Assembly (NCBI RefSeq): GCF_001194135.2
Contig: NC_068983.1
Location: 12,010,095 to 12,046,152, forward strand
DNA: 36,058 bases
From: Octopus bimaculoides
Taxonomy: Eukaryota
Direction of reading: 5' to 3'
Positions 24,625 through 36,014 of the stretch are shown here, piece after piece (within the stretch, counting starts at the first letter, position 1; the number at the start of each line of letters is the position of its first letter). Position numbers and translations under genes: made by a program. A model generated the notes under the pieces. It was not told the DNA's origin and searched no databases. It saw only the letters and a list, made by a program, of their open reading frames with translations.

Positions 24625-24670
<46 letters not shown>

Positions 24671-24897
24671 GTATGTATATGCTATGTGTGTGTCTTTGTG
24701 TCAGTGTTTGTCCCCTATCACCGCTTGACGATTGATGCTGGTGTGTTTACGTCCCCGTAACTTAGCGGATCGGCAAAAGAGAACCGATAGAATAAGTACT
24801 GGGCATAAGAAATAAGCCCTGGACTCTACTTTCAAGGCGGTGCTCCAGCATGGCCGCAGTCAAATGTCTGAAACAAGTAAAAGAATAAAAGAATAAA
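24272..24897 (+). mobile_element. SINE family B whose internal microsatellite is interrupted by a ~125-bp insert
   Basis: 5' half 24272-24425, unique insert ~24502-24626 between TA/CA repeats, 3' half 24685-24897. Confidence 0.85.
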
Positions 24898-25579
24898 ATA
24901 ACAAATGCGATATAATACTGCTTAAGTCCATTTGTCTTGTTTTATTATACGTCAGCAGACGGAGTTTCACGATTTTGGTCGTAAGGTAACTGAGGATCAA
25001 CAACGTAAAAATCGGATTTGTAGAGATGGGGAGAGAAAATTACATACGTAAAACACAGCCCATACACATTCGTATATCTCCTATACTTGTAGCTTTTACA
25101 GATATACGATTCTCACTCCTATCAGCCTATCTCTATGTTGTTTCCCTCTCTACCTCAACTCTGTTTTCTCCCTCTCTTCTCTCCCTCTCCTTCTCTCTCT
25201 ACAAATGTATGGCATGCACAAGATAAGCTTAAGTCTACTGGAAGAAAGTAACATCTTCATACTTGATTTATATTTTCAGAAATAGTTTAAAACAAAATCT
25301 CCGAGATGCTCTCTTGTACTTTAAAGAAGAATATAGAAGATTCTGGCGAACCTTACAATTTATCTGATTCAAGAAATCTGGCTAGCAGCCAAGTGTTTCA
25401 AAGTAACTCCTCCAAGAAGTCTTTGCTTTAATAAATTCAGATTTGGCGGGATACCAGCCACTTCCTGTACTCTTTGCCTTACAATGAACCATATGTTGGC
25501 AGCCTGGTGCTTCACTAAGTGGTTTCAATCGAGATGAGGAGACCTGGGCTTTTCTAGTACCTATGTAAACATAAGTGTG

Positions 25580-25637
<58 letters not shown>

Positions 25638-26392
25638 ATGAGCACACATACACACACTTTAACAAAAGTATATTTTTATGTGTGTATATGTGTTGTTTAT
25701 TTATTTATATGCATATTCAAATTCATACACACATACACCCACACCCACACACGCATGAGCATGTATCGAAGTAAATAAAAACACGTACACACAAATACAC
25801 ATGAAACATATATGAAGTCGAGTATAAATATCAATATATACCTATGAATATGAAGGCACACACATACACACTCATGCACACATACACACAGAAACACATA
25901 CACACACACACACACATACACACATGCATGCATATATTTATCGACATGCTAGTTTTTCTACCAAACTTACATGTGTGTGTACAATGACTCCACTTATATT
26001 TCACATCTGTACTATTTAACTACAATATTTACACAATCGTTCTGCTTGGGCGAGTTGCTTTTTGCTTCAGTCAAATCAGTTTCTATATGCCCGTTTGTTT
26101 TAATGTCGGTCATATTGAAAGCTGGGTAAAGAGTCTAATCGAATAAAACTAGATGATTAAATGGTTAAATGACTTGGTAGGTTCGATAGATTCACATAAA
26201 GTGTCATTTTGGTACGGCGTATTCAGTAATCAGTTAATGTTGTTTGTTATTGTCTTTTGAGAAATCAAAATGAAAACATTTAATAAAAGTGGTGGATTGG
26301 ATTGGCCATCTGGTAAGTTTGTAGATGCTTTTCGTAGATTTAATTTAAAGTAAAAAAAGAACATTAGTCTTTTACAACTAAAATAATCCTTT

Positions 26393-26975
26393 TTTTTTTT
26401 AGAAATAATACATCTCCAAATCTCTCAGAGAGACTTATGCAGTAGTGATACGATGAAGTAGTTGTATGCTGTCAACTTAATGTGACAGTCCCCCTTGTAA
26501 ACATAAGCACATAGGAAATGTGTCAAGGCCGACAGAAAGCAGTGCAGCTTCCTAGGTCTAACCAACAGTAGTATTATTCCCTTCAGGGACTGTCACATTA
26601 AGTTGACAGCATACAACTACTTCATCGTATCACTACTGCATAAGTCTCTCAGAGAGATTTAGAAATGTATTATTTCTAAATTTGAAATCAGTGAATGTAT
26701 TTCACTAGAATTATTATATGTTTACAAGGGCTTGACAGGCATCTTCCAATTAGCAGGCCATTGCTACTCCAGTCTGATGACGAGCAAAGACTCAGAAACA
26801 TGTCTCTGGATGCAGGCTTAGCTGGGTGGAGGTGCTTGTCTCCCCCCTGTAAACATTAGGACACAGGAAATGTGTCAAGGCCGACAGGAAGCTGTGCAGC
26901 TTCCTAGGTCTAAACAACAGTAGTATTATTCCCTTCAGGGGACTGTCACATTAAGTTGACAGCATACAACTACTT
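26393..26975 (+). mobile_element. Retrozyme-like / Penelope-type non-autonomous insertion: inverted 95-bp segment plus ~1.4 tandem copies of a 352-nt hammerhead-containing monomer, with 14-bp TSD
   Basis: TSD taaaataatccttt at 26379-26392 and 26976-26989; inverted repeat 26398-26492 vs 26586-26680 (3 mismatches); direct repeat 26490-26622 vs 26842-26975 (offset 352); hammerhead at 26768-26810. Confidence 0.85.
26768..26810 (+). ncRNA. Minimal type I hammerhead ribozyme, slightly degenerate
   Basis: UCCAG-U-CUGAUGA-C-GAG-caaaga-CUC-A-GAAA-CAUG-UC-U-CUGGA. Core CUGAUGA/GAAA intact, palindromic ACAUGU stem III, GUC cleavage triplet (cut after 26804). U.U mismatch at the base of stem I and an extra A before GAAA. 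Confidence 0.7.
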
Positions 26976-26989
26976 TAAAATAATCCTTT

Positions 26990-27190
26990 CTATTACAGGC
27001 ACAAGGCCTGACATTTTGGTGGAGTGGGGCCAGCCGATTAGATCGACCCAAGTACGCAACTGATACTTAATTTATAGGACGGAAGGCAAAATCGACATCG
27101 GCGGGATTTCAACTCAGAATGGAAGGACAAACGAAATACTGATAAACATTTTGCCCAGTGTGCCAACGATTCTACCAGCTCGACGCCTTA
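26990..27190 (-). mobile_element. SINE family A, older copy whose 3' tail received the retrozyme-like insertion
   Basis: Family A head and core on the minus strand; candidate 18-bp TSD ttttac(a/g)actaaaataat at 26370-26387 and 27191-27208. Confidence 0.75.
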
Positions 27191-28024
27191 TTTTACGACT
27201 AAAATAATATAAAAACCGAAAGAACACTTGATAAAAAACGAAGACATGTACGACTACATCAGAAAATTGAAATATAAGATTAGGAACAAGGTGTGTATAC
27301 TCTTCATGAATAAATGAAAGAAATAACGGAGAAATGCATGTGTTCGTTGGGTAAACTAAAGTGAGAAAGAGATCTAAGTGGCTAATAGGGGAGTGGGAGG
27401 AGGAAGCATGCTTTTATTTATTCTGTCCTAGTCATTAAAGTTTAGCCATTTATTTTTGTGTGTCCTTTGAGTTGTAGTGTATTAGCCGATGAGACCTAAT
27501 TTATTTTTCTATCTTTTCTGTTTCGTGTTTTCTGTTTGAATCTCCAACAACCATGGCTGGTTACTTTTGAAGCCTGTACGATCACCGGTTCTGCTCTCGG
27601 GCGCTGAATGTGCGAAAATCCCAGGATAGGCAGGTGATAAGAGATATTTTTCGTTTGCTGTCTACCATTTGTCCTCACTATTTATGGGTAATTGTTTCTC
27701 TTCCCGCCACACATATGCAGCCCCGTATATGTGTGTGCATATGTGTTTGTGTGTGTGTGTGTGTGTGTATTCTCCAAAGTATCTATGCAGGTTTTCCTAA
27801 AGAGCTCCAGTTTGGTCGCCATTGATGAGCAAACAACGGTGCAGTTAAGCAAACGTTTAAAAGAAATTCACATGATCAACACACTAATAAGATATACGAT
27901 GAATCTCAGCATTTGATACACGTTCTAACCGTCGTAAACATTCTGTAGCCATGCGCAGCACCATTACAAACAGCCAAAACTATTAAGGTTTAACAATTTA
28001 CAATATGATATTAACATTTTCCAG

Positions 28025-28279
28025 ATGCTGGTAAGTTTGTTCCGAGTGATTTAAGTTGACTAATTTGGGTGAGTTCATGTTTCTTCGGACTCTAGTTTTT
28101 ATATAATACTGATGCATTATGCTAAATTGTGTATTTCGAAGGAGTTAACATGTGAAGATACAAGTTTTACTAATAATTCCTAATGTTGTTTAGTCCCAGG
28201 TTCTTCCTCTTCAAGAGAACTATAATAGAGGCCGTTCTTCTTATGACCACCTCGCTGGACACAGCGTATCTTTCATTAC
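28025..28279 (+). other. Candidate spliced exon pair of an unidentified transcript
   Basis: ttttccag|ATGCTG|gtaagt at 28025-28030; intron-like stretch with ctaat motifs ending ttgtttag (28193); 86-nt segment ending ttac|gtaagc (28279). No recognisable protein. Confidence 0.15.
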
Positions 28280-28642
28280 GTAAGCTAATATTTTCTTCAT
28301 TTATTAAAACAGCGAGGTGTGGTTTTGGGGAGAATATGGTGGCGATTGTAAGAAGATTGTGTAACCACGGAGGTGGGGGGGGGGCCTAGTTAGGTTCGTA
28401 CATCAACAAATATATAAAAAGTAACGCGCCATACATCTGAAATGTAAGTTTATATAACAAGCCAACTGATAATCTGATGAATAATGTTGTTGTATACTTA
28501 TAACCACCTAAATTAGAACAACACACACACACACACGTATGCATGTACATATACACGCATAAATATATACTCATATATATTTATTTGTGTATATATATAT
28601 ATATGTAAATATACACACAAAAATATATATGTAAACATATAC

Positions 28643-28673
<31 letters not shown>

Positions 28674-29175
28674 TACATATATGTATGTATGTATAAGTTG
28701 ATGGCAGGATTTTAGTTTGAAAGTTCAGTGGAGTATATAGATAATATTTATATAGATATAATGATATGCGGACTCGTATTTTACAAAATATCGACACTTT
28801 TACAATCGTATCAATGAACATTAACTTACAAATACACATAGTAGAATCTAAAACAAACACACAGAGTGTAGATTCGCAGCCACCACACTCTATACTAAGA
28901 GGTAATAATTAATAGAGGTAATATTATGACTTGTTACAAACAATAGGTCGGCCTTTCTTCTGTAGTCATTATTCCAAGCATTATGATTAATGGCATCGCA
29001 AACACTAATTCAATTAAGCTGTATATGTATGTGTGTATGTATCAACGATTACATATACATATATAAATATATAATATATATATATGTATATATATATAAT
29101 ATATATATATGTATATATGTATGGGTCGTATGCGAGAGGATATTATTTATATACAAGCATACATTCGCACACATA

Positions 29176-29283
29176 NNNNNNNNNNNNNNNNNNNNNNNNN
29201 NNNNNNNNNNNNNNNNNNNNNNNNNNNNNNNNNNNNNNNNNNNNNNNNNNNNNNNNNNNNNNNNNNNNNNNNNNNNNNNNNNN
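29176..29283. other. Assembly gap (N run)
   Basis: 108 N. Confidence 1.
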
Positions 29284-30500
29284 TATATGTGTGTGTACAT
29301 ATATACATACATACATACATACATTACTGTACGTGAACAATGTTTTCTTTAATGTCATACTCTACAACTGAATAAAACCATAGATTTTGCTAACTTTGCT
29401 TGTAATAGATAGCTGTAAACACTTTAGTTTGTATTCAATATCTTAGATTAAAAAAAAACAACACATCAGGTAGACGAGTAGTTATAGTCTAGTGTTGGGA
29501 TTCATCAATGACTGAGTTCCCAATTTAGCTGTTTATGGAGACTGCTTATAAATCGTATATTGCAAGGGACTCAGATAAACAAGATAAAAATCCTTAGACA
29601 GTATTTGCTAAACTCTTTCCATTCACAAATATTTTGTATGCAAAACATGGTGTTTACATTTGTATATAATATCCTGTGCTAACTAAAATCAATAAATATT
29701 TCTTTTAATATAGTAATATAATTGAAAGACAGTTAAAAACTAATAACATATCAATAATTTCCTAAGCGATTTTTCTGTCAAAAATCTGTTATATGCGAAA
29801 TTCGGTCTATCTGATTTACTAAAACATTCAGTAAGAAGGGGATCGGTCTTTGTAAATATTCCAATGTAAGGATCAAACAGTTTCTTTGATTAAGTCAGAT
29901 ACGAGGCGAAAACCACCAACAGAAAATTATAAAACTTTCGTATTTAGAATTTAGCGAGAAATAATTTTAAAATTCGTTCAAAATGCCCAACTTAGCAATA
30001 ATAAATTCCATTATATAAAAAAAACTAGTGTCCGATAAGTGTACGAATTTGATCAAATTTAAGAACTTAAACTCTGAACTAACGTGGAATTATTGATTTC
30101 ACTTTTATTTTGTTCATGTAAATGCATCTATCCGTCACATACTGTAATCCAAAAATCTCTTGATATATTCTGCATAAAGTATCGAATTGACAAAAAAGAA
30201 ACATTCTGAATGCACCAACAATATATTAATCGGACCTTTCTGCCACACAAGCGTTACATGTGCAAATTTGTGTATCTGATTTATAAAAAAAAATGCTGGG
30301 TTCATAAGCAGTTTCTCTGTAGACACTAAAAAAAGGTACACCGTCGCTGGTGAAACCCTCACATTGGGCATTAAGCTGTTCGGCCGAAACCACTTTATCC
30401 ACACACCCACCCACCCACACCAACACACACACATACACACACAGAGGTACGCACACACATACACACATACACACAATAAAAATAAATAATTGATACAAAT

Positions 30501-30593
30501 AGGCGTAGGAGTGGCTATGTGGTAAGTAGCTTGCTTACCAACCGCATGGTTTCGGGTTCAGTCCCACTGCGTGGCACCTTGGGCAAGTGTCTT
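30501..30593 (+). mobile_element. SINE family B head, truncated
   Basis: aggcgtaggagtggctatgtggtaagtagcttgcttacc...ggcaccttgggcaagtgtctt. Confidence 0.88.
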
Positions 30594-31373
30594 TGGTGAA
30601 GAATATTTATAGCTTCACGTAAATGTCGCAGTAAATTTTCATGAGAAAAAGTATCGTTGTTGATTGTTTTATCTTGAATATTTTCAATTTAGGACAATAT
30701 TATTATTCCTTAGTTTTCTGTTGACATAATTTCCTTTAATTGTTTTCTATTTGGCAACAAAAGTCCCTTATCTATCTAAAGAAAATAATCTGTTTTGATA
30801 TTCGTCAGCAGTTTCATTTTGCTGACTTGAATTATTTATTATCTTTCTTTTTCAAGCCATGCCCTTGTTTTTGTGTTTATATTTTGGTTATTTCTATTTT
30901 CTACTTCCTTACTTTTGTCTCTTTTTGTGTTTCTTGCAATCGTTTTGCAATTCTTCTTTTCAACTCACGTTCATTTCATCTCGTGTTAATTGCCGATTTT
31001 TTACAGTTCAAAGTAGAGTAGTTCCTTTGTGACTGACATTTTGTTTTGTTATGTATGAACTGAAATTATCTGTTATATATTTGAAAAGGACAAATAACGT
31101 TTTGCTATTCTCTGAGAATCTCTTTCTGGCATTCTTTGTCTAGTATTCCTTTCCCGAGTCAAAAGCTGTCTTCTTTCATCTAGAACTTAGAACTTTTTGA
31201 AGAATCAGGTGCGGTTGTGAGTGAGAAAGGCCGACAGTGACACGGTTGGTGAGAGTTTGAAAAAAATACAGAAATAAACAGCAACAATATTTAATTAAAG
31301 TAAGAAAGACAGCAGCAGATGAATATATAAACGGAAACTGGACAATTTAATGATATTAATAATATAAGTAAAT

Positions 31374-31520
31374 AAGGCAGCAAGCTGGCGGGATATCGCA
31401 ACGGACAAAATGCTTAACAGAATTTCTTCCGGTCCTTTACGTTCTAAGTTTAAAATCACCGAGATTGAGTTTGTCTTTCATCCTTTCGAGTCGATTAAAT
31501 AAGTGACTGTTGAACACAGC
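31374..31520 (+). mobile_element. SINE family A, decayed
   Basis: aaggcagcaagctggc...ccgagattgagtttgtctttcatcctttcgagtcgattaaataagt. Confidence 0.65.
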
Positions 31521-33089
31521 GGTGGTGGTGGTGAAGGTCTTTGAACTCGTGTATCCCCTTCCCCAAATCTTTGGACCTGTACCAAATTTTGGAGCACTTA
31601 TATGAATAATACGTTAACGTCTACATAACCAATTTCTAATCATTAAAGTTGATATTAAATAGTCGGCAAGCAGAGACCATAAAGGCATTTATATAATTAT
31701 GATCCATGTTCCTCGTAAAAAGTAAAAGCCCAGCAATAAGGTGAAATAAACAGTGCCTCTTAATATTTTTAAGGCTATTTTCATTGGTTCTGTATTTTCC
31801 TCATCTTCACAATAGTACATGATGTTTTGTTTGAATATTTGCAGGGCTTCGGCTGCATTGTCTGTGTGCTATTGCATTTTGGTAATGCGAAATGTCGCCA
31901 TAATAATGTTGTATTTCTTGTGCAATACAACACGGTATGATCTGGTTATTTTCTGTGGTACAACACGCACTGTATAGCCGATATGATAACAATAGTCTTG
32001 TATATATAAATTTGTAGCAATGCCTCCAGCTAAACATGTGTATTCCGTGTGTATATGCTTTCCGTCACTGTAAATCGGTTTGCTTCTTGTTCTTTTGTTT
32101 TGTGTGTCACGTTGCGTCCACTGACGATACAGGTACATTGGTAGCGTTGAACAATATCTAATGATGATAATGTACTGGTAAAGCGATTAGTTTCGATTCG
32201 ATATATTTATCTCGTTTGACCGCTTCCACCATATTGTGCCATGCAAGCACTACAAAAACGCGATGCAGAGGGGTTGGTTCTCTATTCAACTGCCGTCTAT
32301 CCCGGCCACCGAGCTGACCACCCTTTATCCGCGACAACGTATTTAATAATACGAAACTAAGTGCTTTTAGTTTCGTATCATTAAAAATAATTACAACACT
32401 GTCTCGAGTAAGCTGTGATGATGTAAGTGAGATTCCATACGTACAAGAGTTTATTAAAATGCTTTGCTGAGATGTAAAGAAGCCGTACAAATATAATTAA
32501 GAAGACTGTAAACGGAGGTATCCTTGTAATATTCCATTCGAGGAAGTTACTTATTTTAGAAGTGTTGTTATTGTGCACTACATGGACCTTGGGAGCATAA
32601 CAAATCTTTTGCTAGACATCACTTTGCGTTGCCTTTTAAAGAGGTGCTGAGTATGCTTTGAAAGCATGGATACCAGAGGAACACAGACACACAGGCACAC
32701 ACAGATGCACACATACACACACGCATACACAAACGCCCCCACACACACACGCACGCACGCACACATACACACACTCACGGCTTCCACACAGTTCCCGTCT
32801 ACCACATTCGGATTCTGTTAATTTTTTTTCCAGTCACTTGAAGAATTTCAAATTGTTAACATGTCATTTGCAAAAAATGTAATTTTGATGTAGTCTTACA
32901 CGCTGATGACGTAAGTTGCATTCATTTTTTCCCTCGAAAATGATAGCAAAGAAGTTACAAGCATTTAAAATTTCCTTATTTTAGCAAATCAAAAGCTTCC
33001 GATAACTGAACCAAAACTAAATTTTTTGAAAATAATCTGGTGCAAATTTGAAATGCTTTAAATGGTTGGAAGATATTAAACAGCATATC

Positions 33090-33200
33090 CAGACCCACTC
33101 ACAGGGAATTGGTCCGAAGCTATAGTAGATAAAAGACGCTTGCCCAAGGTACCACGCAGTGAAACGTGGTTACAAAGCGAGTTTCTTAACCAGACAGCTA
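33090..33200 (-). mobile_element. SINE family B head fragment, decayed
   Basis: ccactcacaggg...gctatagtag...cttgcccaaggtaccacgcagtg...cttaaccagacagc. Confidence 0.65.
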
Positions 33201-33367
33201 AGCCTGATAAACAGAATAAATAGAATAAGGAATTTATTTCTGATTCGTCCTGAAACAAAAGTGGTTGGCTGATATCAAAAGATGAAAGACAATAGAAAAC
33301 ACAACTAAATCTTTGCTGACGTTGATGTTATTTGAAATGGTATGTGTGGTATGCCATCTAAACGGCA

Positions 33368-33688
33368 GGTGAGTGGCTTAGTGGTTAGGATGTTCGGTTC
33401 ACGATCGTTAGGTCGGGAGTTCAATTCCCCGTGGGGCGTTTTGTTCTTGAGCAAAATACTTTATTTCACGCTGCTCTAGTCCCTAAGCTGACAAAAAATG
33501 ATTAGGACTTGTATTTCAAAAGGCCGGCCTTTGTTACGCTACATTACGCTGAATCTCTCTGCAAAGTATGTTAAGGGCGCACATGTCAGTGGAGTGCCCA
33601 GCCACAGGCACGTTAATTTCACAAGCAGGCTGTTCCGATGTTCGGATCAACTGGAGCCCTCATCGTAGTAATCGACGAAGTACCAGTT
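33368..33688 (+). mobile_element. Older tRNA-SINE sharing the family C 3' half but with a different head
   Basis: Head tggcttagtggttagg...gagttcaattccc; 3' part gttaagggcgcacatgtc.gtggagtgcccagccac..gcacgttaatttcacaagcaggctgttccg..g..cggatcaactggagccctc matches family C. Confidence 0.7.
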
Positions 33689-33739
33689 ATGTGTGGTGGA
33701 TTTGAGGTTGCTGAAGCTGTCATACATTTTCTGCGTTTA

Positions 33740-33925
33740 TACGAAGGGGTACTAAAAAGTTCCTGATTTTAAGGGTGCCGCGAAAGGCCTGGTTGGAGGC
33801 CCAACATTCCGAGTTCTTTTACAGGGCTTAGTAAAAACTGAAGAACCACTGAAATAAGTGTGAATCTGTGAGGGAAATATCTTCTCTTACCCAAAATCAG
33901 GAACTTTTCAGTACACTCTCTCATA
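33740..33925 (+). mobile_element. Mariner-derived MITE-like element
   Basis: TA-flanked imperfect TIRs (cgaaggggtactaaaaagttcctgatttt / aaaatcaggaacttttcagtacactctctca); the internal part encodes a mariner C-terminal remnant (AWLEAQHSEFF..). Confidence 0.7.
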
Positions 33926-33927
33926 CA

Positions 33928-33967
<40 letters not shown>

Positions 33968-34765
33968 NNNNNNNNNNNNNNNNNNNNNNNNNNNNNNNNN
34001 NNNNNNNNNNNNNNNNNNNNNNNNNNNNNNNNNNNNNNNNNNNNNNNNNNNNNNNNNNNNNNNNNNNNNNNNNNNNNNNNNNNNNNNNNNNNNNNNNNNN
34101 NNNNNNNNNNNNNNNNNNNNNNNNNNNNNNNNNNNNNNNNNNNNNNNNNNNNNNNNNNNNNNNNNNNNNNNNNNNNNNNNNNNNNNNNNNNNNNNNNNNN
34201 NNNNNNNNNNNNNNNNNNNNNNNNNNNNNNNNNNNNNNNNNNNNNNNNNNNNNNNNNNNNNNNNNNNNNNNNNNNNNNNNNNNNNNNNNNNNNNNNNNNN
34301 NNNNNNNNNNNNNNNNNNNNNNNNNNNNNNNNNNNNNNNNNNNNNNNNNNNNNNNNNNNNNNNNNNNNNNNNNNNNNNNNNNNNNNNNNNNNNNNNNNNN
34401 NNNNNNNNNNNNNNNNNNNNNNNNNNNNNNNNNNNNNNNNNNNNNNNNNNNNNNNNNNNNNNNNNNNNNNNNNNNNNNNNNNNNNNNNNNNNNNNNNNNN
34501 NNNNNNNNNNNNNNNNNNNNNNNNNNNNNNNNNNNNNNNNNNNNNNNNNNNNNNNNNNNNNNNNNNNNNNNNNNNNNNNNNNNNNNNNNNNNNNNNNNNN
34601 NNNNNNNNNNNNNNNNNNNNNNNNNNNNNNNNNNNNNNNNNNNNNNNNNNNNNNNNNNNNNNNNNNNNNNNNNNNNNNNNNNNNNNNNNNNNNNNNNNNN
34701 NNNNNNNNNNNNNNNNNNNNNNNNNNNNNNNNNNNNNNNNNNNNNNNNNNNNNNNNNNNNNNNNN
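33968..34765. other. Assembly gap (N run)
   Basis: 798 N between (CA)n and (TA)n. Confidence 1.
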
Positions 34766-34788
34766 ATATATATATATATATACATACA

Positions 34789-34942
34789 TACGAGGGGGAT
34801 ATTGTAACGGTATCGCGTGAAAGGCACAGCTGTAATAAGTATGCGAATCTGAGATGGGAATATGTTGAATAAAATCCTAATTAACTGATCCTCGTGTATA
34901 TACTTTTACACAAAGCAAGAAATTTTTTAGTACTCACTCGTA
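34789..34942 (+). mobile_element. Second mariner-derived MITE-like copy, internally deleted
   Basis: ta-cgaggggg ... ctcactcg-ta ends; encodes CNKYANLRWEYVE*, the mariner KC...GEYVE* terminus. Confidence 0.7.
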
Positions 34943-35145
34943 TATGCGTGTTGTGTTGTTTCTGAACGCAGCAGTGTGAACCCGCGTTGGGATTTGCAGA
35001 GGGTAATGTATAGATTAGAAGATGTAAAGAATTAGCCTTTCTAGAAGTTTTGAGAATGTGCATAGAAGAGTGATGTATGTCTTGGTATTTTTTCGCTTAG
35101 AATATTCACTGGGTTTTAGAATTATTTTAATATTTGTCAAGTTTC

Positions 35146-35345
35146 AGGGCAACGAACTGGTAGAATCGTTAGCACGCCGAGTGAAATGCTTCCGAGTTCA
35201 AATTCCACCGAGGTCGACTTTGTCTTTCATCCTTTCGGGGTCGATTAAATAAGTACCAATTACGCACTGGGATTGATGAATTCGACTTAATCCCTCTGTC
35301 CTTGTTTGTCCCTTCTATATTTAGCGCCCTGTGGGCAATAAAAAA
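35146..35345 (+). mobile_element. SINE family A, near full length with a small internal deletion
   Basis: gagttcaaattccaccgaggtcgactttgtctttcatcctttcggggtcgattaaataagtacc...tgtgggcaataaaa. Confidence 0.88.
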
Positions 35346-35544
35346 ATTATTATTTGTTTAGCTTCCAAATTCACCGAATTTTGACAGTGTTCAAGTTGTT
35401 AAACATTGGTGAATTTAGTAATTCCTTCAGGCACAAGGTGATATTATGCAAATGAGATATAAATGAAAATCGCAGTCCCAAGGTGCAATGCAGTAGGATC
35501 GAACACGGAATGGTATGATTTTAAAGGGAAGATTTTTAACAATC

Positions 35545-36014
35545 ACTCATACACATACATACTTGCACAAACACACACACAAACGCACACACGCTCAAAC
35601 AAACACACACACATACACACAAACACACATGCACATACACACATACAAATGCACCCACACATACGCATACACACGCACACACGGATCTGTATGTATTAAA
35701 ACAAACTAATTTATTTATGTATGAGGCGTTGTTGATATTTTTTGTATACACATGTACACATAAACACAAACACACGCAAACGACCAGGCACACGCGCACA
35801 CACACACTTATGCTCACTAATGTGCATTTCCTTATGTATGTATGTATGTATGTATGTATGTATGTCTGTATGCATGCATGCATGTATGTGTGTATCTATC
35901 ATCTGACGATTACGTACATATGCAAAGACAGATAAAGACAAATAAACAGTTAGATAGATACATACGTATATGCCTACACACAGACATTTACACGCAAGTA
36001 CACACAAATACACA

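Noticed and set aside
30340-30400. ctggtga...gccgaaac, resembling a hammerhead
   Set aside because: The core is mutated, and there is no NUH triplet or stem I pairing after GAAAC.
32349-32378. Perfect 12-bp hairpin atacgaaactaa/ttagtttcgtat
   Set aside because: Isolated and AT-rich, with no Helitron-type CTRR end or other supporting context.
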